A DNA stretch of 64,000 nt. Origin: a virus. Under the pieces are notes generated by a model. That model had not been told where the DNA came from, did not search any database, and worked only from the letters and a program-made list of their open reading frames with translations. Position numbers and translations under genes: made by a program. Positions 25,443-34,038 of the stretch are shown piece after piece. Every line of letters begins with the position of its first letter. The stretch's first letter is position 1. The DNA lies in IMG/VR virus record IMGVR_UViG_3300034022_000350, positions 3,072 to 67,071 of that record; one strand, 5' to 3'.

Positions 25443-26935
25443 AAAAGTTTTTATCAATTTTGTTTTTATTAACCACGTTAGTATTAACATCACAAACTGT
25501 AGTTTATCAACCAAGTAATGCAGTTATTTCAAATCCTGAAAAAGGTTTTTATCATTATACATCAACAGGATCTTCTGGTGGATATAATCTAATAAACCAA
25601 GCTACAATAACTGGTTATAGAACCAATGAAAATATTACTGTAATTCAAAGACAATTCTTTTTAAGAGATTTTATTACTGGTATTCCAATTACTTCTACAT
25701 ATCTTACTAATATGCAAACTGATTTTAATAGAATCAGAAATGCAGGAGCTAAAGTGCTAGTTAGATTTACATATACATCATCTACTGCCACTGTGTATCA
25801 ACCTACAAAAGCGCAAATACTTACACATATTGCTCAACTTGCACCTGTAGTAAATGCTAACAAAGATGTTATAGTTTCTATTCAAGCAGGGTTTATTGGG
25901 AGGTATGGAGAGTGGTATTACACTGGAAGTACAGAATTTGGCAGCGGAAACTATACAGCAGTAACTACAGCGCAGTGGAATAATAGAAAAGAAATAACAG
26001 ATAGAATGGCTAACTCATTTGATGTTTCTATTCCCTTACAATTAAGATATGTGTATGCTAAACAAAAAATGTATGGAAATACATTCATAGGCAGGATTGG
26101 ATTTTATAATGATAGTTTTTTAGGAACTTATGGTGACTCAGGAACATTTAATGTTAGTTCTAAACTTGGTACGCCATCTATTGTAGATGTAACATATTGG
26201 CAAAATGCTACAATTAATAATCCTGTTACAGGAGAAACTAATATGGTTAATGTACCAAGGACAAATTGTTCTAATACAATACTAGAAATGGATAAGTTTA
26301 ATTGGAGTTTAATTAACAAAGATTATTTACCAACAGTAATTACAGGGTGGCAAACAAATGGATGTTTTGCTACAATACAAAAGAATGTTGGATATGACTT
26401 TAGACTTAATAATTCAAATATAACTAATAGGGTTTTAACAATCAATATTGGTAATTATGGATATGCAAATGTATTTAAAGACAGGAAAGCTTATTTAGTA
26501 TGTAAAAATACATCCACTAATGTTAACTATTCTTTTGTAATAGATAATAACCTTAAGAATATAAGAACAACAAGTTATACAATTACTACTAATCTAGCAT
26601 CTTTAGGCTTACCAGTAGGTAATTATAAATTACTCTTAAATCTCCCAGATCCACTTATTAATAACAAACTATATTCAATTCAAATGTCTAATTTAAACAC
26701 ATGGACAACAGAAGGGTTTAATGATTTACAACAAGTTTATACAATTAGTCCTTTAAACGTAATTGGTAAAAGAATTGTAATACAAGATGAAGAAATTACA
26801 GAAGTTAAAATATATAGTTTTAATGGAGCACTCATTTCAACAAATTTAGATTTATCAGATTTACCTGAAGGAATGTATATTGTAATTGCTAAAACAAAAA
26901 CAAATCAGATAATAACTAAAAAAATACACTTATGA
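25439..26935 (+). CDS. Secreted DUF4874/DUF4832-like (glycoside-hydrolase-like) protein with T9SS C-terminal domain
   Basis: Signal peptide MKKFLSILFLLTTLVLTS/Q; NPEKGFY, QAGFIGRYGEWYY, IGFYNDSFL, GET; CTD VKIYSFNG...LSDLPEGMYIV...TKKI. Confidence 0.8.
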   Translation: MKKFLSILFLLTTLVLTSQTVVYQPSNAVISNPEKGFYHYTSTGSSGGYNLINQATITGYRTNENITVIQRQFFLRDFITGIPITSTYLTNMQTDFNRIRNAGAKVLVRFTYTSSTATVYQPTKAQILTHIAQLAPVVNANKDVIVSIQAGFIGRYGEWYYTGSTEFGSGNYTAVTTAQWNNRKEITDRMANSFDVSIPLQLRYVYAKQKMYGNTFIGRIGFYNDSFLGTYGDSGTFNVSSKLGTPSIVDVTYWQNATINNPVTGETNMVNVPRTNCSNTILEMDKFNWSLINKDYLPTVITGWQTNGCFATIQKNVGYDFRLNNSNITNRVLTINIGNYGYANVFKDRKAYLVCKNTSTNVNYSFVIDNNLKNIRTTSYTITTNLASLGLPVGNYKLLLNLPDPLINNKLYSIQMSNLNTWTTEGFNDLQQVYTISPLNVIGKRIVIQDEEITEVKIYSFNGALISTNLDLSDLPEGMYIVIAKTKTNQIITKKIHL

Positions 26936-27294
26936 AATTTCTATTCCCAAATTTGGAAATAATGAAACATTTCAGATCTATATCAATTGATTTAGATAAC
27001 TTAGAAGTAATAAAACAAAGAGGGTGGTACAAACATATTCCTTTAGGAATATTAGCTTATATAGCCACTTATATTGTAATATCATTAATACCAGGAAGTA
27101 TTTCTTCTTTTCCTAAACATGTTATTACCACTTTCTTAGTGTTTGTAGGATGTATTATATTTGAATGGTTGCAAAAAGGTAAAAGATTTATTGGAGAACC
27201 CGAAAGATTTGAAAGCAACAAAGACGCAATAGTTAGTACCCCAACTTTATTAGCAACCATAGTAATATTAAAACTACTAAAAACCATAAAATAA
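26932..27294 (+). CDS. Membrane protein
   Basis: Three hydrophobic segments. Confidence 0.65.
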   Translation: MKFLFPNLEIMKHFRSISIDLDNLEVIKQRGWYKHIPLGILAYIATYIVISLIPGSISSFPKHVITTFLVFVGCIIFEWLQKGKRFIGEPERFESNKDAIVSTPTLLATIVILKLLKTIK

Positions 27295-27295
27295 T

Positions 27296-27730
27296 ATGAA
27301 TTTTTTTTACGAGTATTGGCAAACAATTTTAGCTACATTAAGCGCTCCTGTCGCGTGGTTTTTTGGAGGTAGGGCAAAAGCTAAGCAAGATGCCGTTTCT
27401 ACCATGAAAACGATGTATGATGATTTCTTAACAGTGTATAAGAATAGAATGGATGAGGTTATGGCAGAAGTAATAGAAATTAAGAAACACAACCTTACTT
27501 TACAAACAGACTTTAACAATATTCAAATGAGTTACGCTAAAGAAGTTGAGAAGTCACAGAACTGGGAAAAGTTACATAATGAACTTAATAAAAAATATAT
27601 TAGTATATCCACAGAAAATAAAGTTGTTAAAAAAGATTATGAGTTGTTGAAAAAAGATCACGACAAACTTAAAAAAGATCACGATTTAGTTAAAAAACAA
27701 TTAGATGAATTTATAAAAAAGAGCAAATGA
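27296..27730 (+). CDS. Putative holin (N-terminal TM plus coiled coil)
   Basis: N-terminal hydrophobic helix; immediately upstream of the endolysin. Confidence 0.5.
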   Translation: MNFFYEYWQTILATLSAPVAWFFGGRAKAKQDAVSTMKTMYDDFLTVYKNRMDEVMAEVIEIKKHNLTLQTDFNNIQMSYAKEVEKSQNWEKLHNELNKKYISISTENKVVKKDYELLKKDHDKLKKDHDLVKKQLDEFIKKSK

Positions 27731-28197
27731 AACTAAATGAAGAAGGTTATTTAATTATTGCAAATTTTGAAGGCTTGAGATTAACCCCTTATTTGTGCAG
27801 TGCCGGCGTACCTACTATTGGGTATGGTTCAACGTTCTATCCTAGCGGTAAAAAGGTTACAATGCGAGACAAACCAATTACAAAAGCCGTCGCTTGGTGG
27901 ACGTTAAAACAAACCGCAAATATGTTTGCTAATGATGTTGACAGTTTGGTAACATCAAACGTTAACCAAAATCAATTTAATGCACTAGTATCGTTTGCTT
28001 TTAATTTAGGTAGTGATATTGACGCGGATGAAATACCAGAAGGTTTAGGCGACAGTAATTTACTTAAGAAAGTAAATAAGAATCCAAATGATCCTGCAAT
28101 CGCAAAGGAGTTCATGAAGTGGATTAATGCTAATGGCAGACCAAATAATGGTTTAATAAAAAGGAGATCAGAAGAAGTTAAGATATATTTTAAATAA
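27727..28197 (+). CDS. Endolysin, GH24 lysozyme
   Basis: FEGLRLTPYLCSAGVPTIGYG, QNQFNALVSFAFNLG, GLIKRR.EE. Confidence 0.95.
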   Translation: MKLNEEGYLIIANFEGLRLTPYLCSAGVPTIGYGSTFYPSGKKVTMRDKPITKAVAWWTLKQTANMFANDVDSLVTSNVNQNQFNALVSFAFNLGSDIDADEIPEGLGDSNLLKKVNKNPNDPAIAKEFMKWINANGRPNNGLIKRRSEEVKIYFK

Positions 28198-28203
28198 GAA
28201 AAC

Positions 28204-28575
28204 ATGAATATATTAGAAAAAATAAACTTAATTCCATCTAAGATAAAAGACTATATCTTAATAGGATTAATTGTCTCTATAGTTATTATTGTTATTGTTA
28301 TGTCTATTAATAACTTTAATGAAGTTAGAAGACAAGTTAATATAGAAAAAACAAAAAACGAGTTAGTCGATACTAAAGCGCGAGTTGAGCAAGATAAAAA
28401 AGCATTACAAGATAATGTTAAAGAACATGATAGTTTTGTGCAAGTAACAGTAGATGAAATTAAAAATATTACAAAAATAAAACCTAAAAGAATTAAATAT
28501 GAAAGTATTAAAGTTACAGATACTACTTACGCTGCTATGCGGAACATGCTCGATACTGTACAGCCAAACAAATAA
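28204..28575 (+). CDS. Putative inner-membrane spanin
   Basis: N-terminal TM then coiled coil; follows the endolysin. Confidence 0.55.
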   Translation: MNILEKINLIPSKIKDYILIGLIVSIVIIVIVMSINNFNEVRRQVNIEKTKNELVDTKARVEQDKKALQDNVKEHDSFVQVTVDEIKNITKIKPKRIKYESIKVTDTTYAAMRNMLDTVQPNK

Positions 28576-28954
28576 AGACTTAAACTCTCCTGAAAGAGTT
28601 AAAGCTTTATATGGTATAGCGATACAACATAGCGAATTAACAAAACAAGTCAAAGATTGTCAGGATAGATATAATGCAGAGATGCAATCGTTTGAGAATA
28701 AATATAAACAAATACAAGATTTAGCCGTTTCTTTAGGTGAAGAGTCTAGTGCTTTTGTCGACCATAATTTAGATTTACAGGCCGGTCTATTGGGTTCCTT
28801 AAAGAAACAAGAACAGCAAGAAGTTGAATTAGCAAAGTTAAAAGCAAAAAGACCTAAACGATTTGGATTAGGATTTTATGGAGGTTATGATGTTATTAAT
28901 CGTGTATGGTCAACCGGAGCGAGTGTAAATTATAACTTAGTACTTTTGTTCTAA
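28499..28954 (+). CDS. Putative outer-membrane spanin-like protein
   Basis: Overlaps the previous gene; signal peptide, coiled coil and C-terminal amphipathic beta-strands ending in F. Confidence 0.5.
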   Translation: MKVLKLQILLTLLCGTCSILYSQTNKDLNSPERVKALYGIAIQHSELTKQVKDCQDRYNAEMQSFENKYKQIQDLAVSLGEESSAFVDHNLDLQAGLLGSLKKQEQQEVELAKLKAKRPKRFGLGFYGGYDVINRVWSTGASVNYNLVLLF

Positions 28955-29015
28955 TAAGTAAAAATATTACAAAATAGGTAATATATAAACTATATAAATC
29001 TAATTAAATAAAATC

Positions 29016-30560
29016 ATGTCAGACGCTATAGTCAAAAATTTAAGTTTCGGTAAAGAAGCAAGTGATAAGGTATTTGCAGGTATAGAAAAGCTATCAAAAG
29101 CTGTAAGTTCTACATTAGGAGCCAGTGGTAAATGCGTTTTACTAGAAGATTCTACAGGTAGACCTGTTATTACTAAAGACGGTGTAACTGTTGCTGACTC
29201 AATTATATTGTTAGATCCTGTAGAGAATATGGGAGCTACGTTATTAAAAGAAGCAGCACGTAAAACAGTAAGAGAAGCAGGCGATGGCACAACAACAGCA
29301 ACGGTGTTAGCTCACGCTATATTAAAGAACGCTTATAAGATAGAAAATCCAGATACTAGAAAGATTAAAGAAGGTATTAACAAAGCCGTTGATAATGTCG
29401 TTAAGTATCTTGAAGATATGGCAGTTTTAGTTGATGATGATATGTTAGATCATATCGCCACTATATCTACAAATAATGATCCTGAACTAGGCAAGTTAGT
29501 TGGGGATGCTTTCAGAGCAGTTGGTAATACAGGTATTGTAATGATGGAAACATCTTCAGATGCCGAATGTAGCTTGCAGCTAGTTGAAGGCGTGCAATGT
29601 TCAATGGGTTTAACAAATTCACATTTTGTAACTAACCATAAGAATAAGACAGCAGAACTAGATAACCCTTTAGTTTTATTAGTTGAGTCACCGATTGAGA
29701 ATGTTCGTCAAATACAAAAGGTATTAGAGTACGTTATAAAGAACAATAGATCTTTATTGATTATTGCTGATATGGAACAGATAGTATTATCTACGTTAGC
29801 AATGAATAAGTCTAAAGGTAATATAAAAATCAATGTTATCAATGCGCCAACCTATGGTATTAATAGAAAAGAGATATTCGATGATATTGCTTTACTAACT
29901 GGTGCAACTTTAATAAACGAAGATCTCGGCGATGATTTAGATTTAATAGATCCATCAATGCTTGGAGTTTGTTTTAAAAGTATAACAAACCACGAAGAAA
30001 CAATACTTCACGTAGGAGAACCCACCGAAGAAGTACTCGATATAATTAATGACATTAAGAAATCTTTGTCAGAAAATAATAATAGCGCCACAGTAATAAA
30101 ACTAGAAAAAAGATTAGCTAGATTAACAGCAAAAATATCTGTAGTTAAAGTAGGCGCTAATTCAGAAATAGAGTTAAAAGAAAAAGCAGACAGAATCGAA
30201 GATGCTATTTGCGCTACTAAAGCCGCTATTAAAGAAGGTATTGTACCAGGTGGCGGAATAGCTTTATTAAATGCTTCATATAATATAGATACTTTTTCTA
30301 TCGGTGAAGAAATATTGTTAGATTCTATTAGATCACCATTCAATACAATATTAAGCAATGCTGGAATAGAGGTTATGTCAGAAAAGATTGTAACCGGTGT
30401 TGGGTATGGCTTAAATGTTATAACTGGAGAAACAGTAGATATGATTAAAGCAGGTATCATTGATCCACTACTTGTTACAAAGAGTGCTTTGAAAAATGCT
30501 GCTTCTGTTGCTACAACGATACTTTCAACTGACTGTGTAATCAATAACTTGAGGGCATAA
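29016..30560 (+). CDS. groEL: Chaperonin GroEL
   Basis: TKDGVTVA, AGDGTTTATVLA, GIVPGGG, GIIDP. Confidence 0.97.
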   Translation: MSDAIVKNLSFGKEASDKVFAGIEKLSKAVSSTLGASGKCVLLEDSTGRPVITKDGVTVADSIILLDPVENMGATLLKEAARKTVREAGDGTTTATVLAHAILKNAYKIENPDTRKIKEGINKAVDNVVKYLEDMAVLVDDDMLDHIATISTNNDPELGKLVGDAFRAVGNTGIVMMETSSDAECSLQLVEGVQCSMGLTNSHFVTNHKNKTAELDNPLVLLVESPIENVRQIQKVLEYVIKNNRSLLIIADMEQIVLSTLAMNKSKGNIKINVINAPTYGINRKEIFDDIALLTGATLINEDLGDDLDLIDPSMLGVCFKSITNHEETILHVGEPTEEVLDIINDIKKSLSENNNSATVIKLEKRLARLTAKISVVKVGANSEIELKEKADRIEDAICATKAAIKEGIVPGGGIALLNASYNIDTFSIGEEILLDSIRSPFNTILSNAGIEVMSEKIVTGVGYGLNVITGETVDMIKAGIIDPLLVTKSALKNAASVATTILSTDCVINNLRA

Positions 30561-30820
30561 TGAAAGCAATAGGTAAATGTTTAATTATAGACAAGTTAAA
30601 AGAAGGTACCACTAAAACTAAAGGTGGTTTATTACTCGCTGAAAACCAGAGAGAAGATATTAGATATATAGAAGCAAAAGTATTATCTATAGGTGAAGAA
30701 GTAGTTGGTATTAAAGAAGGTGATTCTATATTTTACGATAGACACGCTGGTCATAAGATAGTTGTTGATAAAGAAACTTATCATGTTATAAGATTAGGGG
30801 ATGTAGTTGTTGTTTTATGA
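30560..30820 (+). CDS. groES: Co-chaperonin GroES
   Basis: TKGGLLL mobile loop; directly after groEL. Confidence 0.9.
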   Translation: MKAIGKCLIIDKLKEGTTKTKGGLLLAENQREDIRYIEAKVLSIGEEVVGIKEGDSIFYDRHAGHKIVVDKETYHVIRLGDVVVVL

Positions 30821-31275
30821 TAAGGTTAGAAGCTTCAGATATTAAAGATATTGGATTATTAAAGCATTATAGAATAATCAGAATGTGGGCTTGTAGAAAT
30901 AATGATCTAACAGCTTCAGATTTAGAACTTCTTATTTACTTTGATTGTTTAGATTTTTTTTCAAAGCATGATTATGAAATAGGTACTTATGCATATAGTT
31001 GGGACAACAAACGCTGGAACAAATTATTAAAAGAGGGTTGGATTGTAGTTTGGAGAAATAGAAACCGCACAACTCAAAAATATAATATATATAAAGTTTC
31101 ATTTAAGTGCAAACAACTAATAAGCAGAATGTACCGTATAATGCTCGGTAAAGAAGATATACCTACAAGTTATAGGAATACAATGACAACTAGTAAACGA
31201 TATTCGGATATTGTTGGTTTAACAGCAATAGAGCATGTGAATAACGATAAAACAAGAAACAATAATAATTTTTAA
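30817..31275 (+). CDS. Hypothetical protein (possible winged helix)
   Basis: Packed ORF. Confidence 0.7.
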   Translation: MIRLEASDIKDIGLLKHYRIIRMWACRNNDLTASDLELLIYFDCLDFFSKHDYEIGTYAYSWDNKRWNKLLKEGWIVVWRNRNRTTQKYNIYKVSFKCKQLISRMYRIMLGKEDIPTSYRNTMTTSKRYSDIVGLTAIEHVNNDKTRNNNNF

Positions 31276-31276
31276 T

Positions 31277-31519
31277 ATGCAAACACCAATAAACCCAAAA
31301 GGCTTTACCAATCAAAACACTATTAATAATATGTTTGGCGAAGCGAATCCAGGTACATTCACCAGAACAGTTGGTCAACCTTCGGTTACTGCGCCTACAG
31401 ACCCCTTAACAGGATTACCAATAGATCCGTTAGCTAATCAGAGTCCTGATGCTCCTGTACCACCTCCAGTTGGTGTAAAGTCAAATATAACTCCGCCTTA
31501 CGGCTTAAATACATACTAA
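31277..31519 (+). CDS. Pro-rich small protein
   Basis: Packed ORF. Confidence 0.6.
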   Translation: MQTPINPKGFTNQNTINNMFGEANPGTFTRTVGQPSVTAPTDPLTGLPIDPLANQSPDAPVPPPVGVKSNITPPYGLNTY

Positions 31520-31521
31520 CA

Positions 31522-31731
31522 ATGAATATGAAACACCCAATGAATATTTACGATAAAGAAGCTGCTTTATCAGGAGTGGGGGCTAATGCTCTATGGAATG
31601 GCCCATTTAATACAACTGGATTCCCTAAAGGTAAAGGCTCAAGCAATGGAAAGAATGGTATTATACTAAATAATGATAAGCCATCTTACAATGGATCTCC
31701 TATAACACAAAGAGCTAAAGGTAAATTTTAA
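31522..31731 (+). CDS. Small protein
   Basis: Packed ORF. Confidence 0.6.
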   Translation: MNMKHPMNIYDKEAALSGVGANALWNGPFNTTGFPKGKGSSNGKNGIILNNDKPSYNGSPITQRAKGKF

Positions 31732-31741
31732 ATCGAACACC

Positions 31742-32011
31742 ATGCCAGATACTAAAAAGAAAAAACAAAGTCAAACTAGTGATATGGTTGGGCTACCAAA
31801 AGAGGTTGAAAGTAGAAACAAAGCAATAACTAAAGCAGGTTCTACTGGGCCTAGATACAAAGAAAACAAAACTCCTTTAAAACAAGAAACAATGAAAACT
31901 ACAAGTAAAATGAAAAGCGCAGGTGCTAAAGCAAAACCAAGTTCCCCTATGATGCAGAAAAAGGACATGATGGGTAAAAAAATGGCTCCAACTAAAATGA
32001 AAAAGTGTTAA
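31742..32011 (+). CDS. Small basic protein with TPLKQ/SPMMQ motifs
   Basis: Lys/Met-rich. Confidence 0.65.
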   Translation: MPDTKKKKQSQTSDMVGLPKEVESRNKAITKAGSTGPRYKENKTPLKQETMKTTSKMKSAGAKAKPSSPMMQKKDMMGKKMAPTKMKKC

Positions 32012-32050
32012 TAAACAAATAAAAACAATTAAAACAAAAAACAAAAAACA

Positions 32051-32323
32051 ATGGCAAAGTATATTCAAATTCCAACTACATTAGCAGCTTCTCCAAACAT
32101 CTTGTTTAATACAGATGAAATTGCTTCTGTACTTTACTTAACCGCTACGACTTTTGCAGTATATGCTGGTACAAAATCATTTACGTTCACAACTAGTGCT
32201 GCTGGCGCTGCTGGAACCGTAGCGGCTGTTTACGCTGCTATCCTCGCTACTAATGGTCCAGTGCTAAAAGATGTAGTCATGCCCACTGGCACAACTATTG
32301 CTGCCCTACCTGTAGTTGCGTAA
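32051..32323 (+). CDS. Small structural (capsid decoration-like) protein
   Basis: Ala/Thr-rich; followed by a hairpin. Confidence 0.55.
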   Translation: MAKYIQIPTTLAASPNILFNTDEIASVLYLTATTFAVYAGTKSFTFTTSAAGAAGTVAAVYAAILATNGPVLKDVVMPTGTTIAALPVVA

Positions 32324-32337
32324 TAATTAATTATTAT

Positions 32338-32364
32338 TCCCCCGTATATTGATTTTGCGGGGGA
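32338..32364 (+). terminator. Stem-loop, possible terminator
   Basis: TCCCCCG...CGGGGGA inverted repeat after a stop codon. Confidence 0.5.
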
Positions 32365-32389
32365 TTTAATAATACTAAAAAACAAAAGT

Positions 32390-32722
32390 ATGGCATTTAA
32401 AATGACTGGTCCTCCTTATGATACAAACAATACTCCTATTTATAGTACAGATATGGACGATAACGTTTTAGGTATGGCTCAATCAAATGGATCTATACTA
32501 ATAAATAAAAACGTATCTCCTTTAGAGATAAAGAAAAGCAAGACTATAGAACATGAAATGGTTCATATAGATCAAATGAAACGCGGTGATTTAGGTTACA
32601 CAGACAAAGATGTTATTTGGAAGGGTAAGAAGTACTCTCGTTCAAAAATGAAAGAAGGAGCAAAAAGCTTGCCTTGGGAAAAAGAAGCTTATATAAAACA
32701 AAACAAAAAGAAATTAAATTAA
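32390..32722 (+). CDS. Small zincin-like metallopeptidase
   Basis: GSILIN...TIEHEMVHIDQ (HExxH) with a downstream PWEKEAY third ligand. Confidence 0.75.
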   Translation: MAFKMTGPPYDTNNTPIYSTDMDDNVLGMAQSNGSILINKNVSPLEIKKSKTIEHEMVHIDQMKRGDLGYTDKDVIWKGKKYSRSKMKEGAKSLPWEKEAYIKQNKKKLN

Positions 32723-32986
32723 ATGGAATCTACAAACAAAATTAAGCAAGATCAATTAGAAACTATTAGAACTCAACAAAAAGAGTTAAATACGTTATTA
32801 AATAATATAGGGGTTTTAGAATCTCAAAAACATAGTTTGTTACACAAGTTAGCAGACGTAAACAAAGCGATTGACGAGTTTAAGACCGAATTATTCAATG
32901 AATATGGCAATGTAAATATTAACATTGAGGATGGTTCTTATGCTGAAATGGAAGTTAAAGCAGAACCAGAAACCGTAGAGGAATAA
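32723..32986 (+). CDS. Coiled-coil hypothetical protein
   Basis: Packed ORF. Confidence 0.7.
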   Translation: MESTNKIKQDQLETIRTQQKELNTLLNNIGVLESQKHSLLHKLADVNKAIDEFKTELFNEYGNVNINIEDGSYAEMEVKAEPETVEE

Positions 32987-33213
32987 TGGACTCTGTTATT
33001 AGAAAGATAAGTATAGGCACAGACTATAAGAATGAAGCAATGCATTATTCAATTGGACAACAAGTATATGGTGGTCACGAAATAATCCACATATTGCTAG
33101 ACCCTATAGATTGCTCTTACTATATTTATATAAAGAAAAATGAAGAAGTAATGCCGTGGAAGAAGTTTAATTCTAATATGGCTATTTCTGTTGAATATGA
33201 CTTAGAATATTAA
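32986..33213 (+). CDS. Hypothetical protein
   Basis: Packed ORF. Confidence 0.7.
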   Translation: MDSVIRKISIGTDYKNEAMHYSIGQQVYGGHEIIHILLDPIDCSYYIYIKKNEEVMPWKKFNSNMAISVEYDLEY

Positions 33214-33821
33214 TGAAAAGTGTATTCAGTTTTATTGTTAAACCTGTCGGCGATAGATATAACAATAAAGTAAAAGTTGGTGATAAAGAACTTATCATAA
33301 ATACTAAGATAGAAAGTTTTAAATCAGTTAATAATGTTGCAGAGGTGGTTTCAGTTCCGCTGGCTTATTCAACAGATATAAAAGAAGGTGATTTAGTCGT
33401 AATACATCACAATGTGTTTAGAAGGTTCTACGATATAAAAGGCAAACAAAAAGATAGTAGGTCATATTTTATGAACAATCTATATTTTTGTGATATTGAT
33501 CAGGTATATTTATATAAGCATGATGCCAAATGGAAATCATTTGGAGATAGATGTTTTATAGCGCCTATAAAGAATATAGACGATTTAAAGCCAGATAAAG
33601 AGCAAAGCCTTATTGGTATACTAAAATACGGAAATAGCTCTTTAAAAGCACTTAAAATAAACGAGGGAGACCTTGTTGGTTATACACCCGGTGGAGAATT
33701 TGACTTTGTTATTAATGGGCAACGTCTTTATTGTATGAAATCTAATGATATTGTAATTAAATATGAATATAAAGGAAACGAAGCACAATATAATACTAGC
33801 TGGGCACAAAGCAGTACTTGA
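33213..33821 (+). CDS. Tandem GroES-like protein
   Basis: Two GroES-like halves (AEVVSVP...IKEGDLV; GILKYG...INEGDLV...LYCMKSNDIV). Confidence 0.6.
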   Translation: MKSVFSFIVKPVGDRYNNKVKVGDKELIINTKIESFKSVNNVAEVVSVPLAYSTDIKEGDLVVIHHNVFRRFYDIKGKQKDSRSYFMNNLYFCDIDQVYLYKHDAKWKSFGDRCFIAPIKNIDDLKPDKEQSLIGILKYGNSSLKALKINEGDLVGYTPGGEFDFVINGQRLYCMKSNDIVIKYEYKGNEAQYNTSWAQSST

Positions 33822-34038
33822 GTTGATTAAGGTTGCTGAAGAAGCAATTCTAGACAACGGCGAAGATGATTTAAGTGCCGATAAATTAAAAAATGCTGCG
33901 GCTACTAAAAAGTTAGCGATATTCGATGCTTTTGAGATTTTAAGCAGAATACAAGAAGAAGAAAAGTTATTAGTTGAAAGCGAAAAAGAAGCAGAGCAGA
34001 AAGTATTTAAAGGATTTGCGGAAGGGAGGTCTAAATAA
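33763..34038 (+). CDS. Putative terminase small subunit
   Basis: Small helical protein directly before the terminase large subunit. Confidence 0.4.
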   Translation: MNIKETKHNIILAGHKAVLELIKVAEEAILDNGEDDLSADKLKNAAATKKLAIFDAFEILSRIQEEEKLLVESEKEAEQKVFKGFAEGRSK

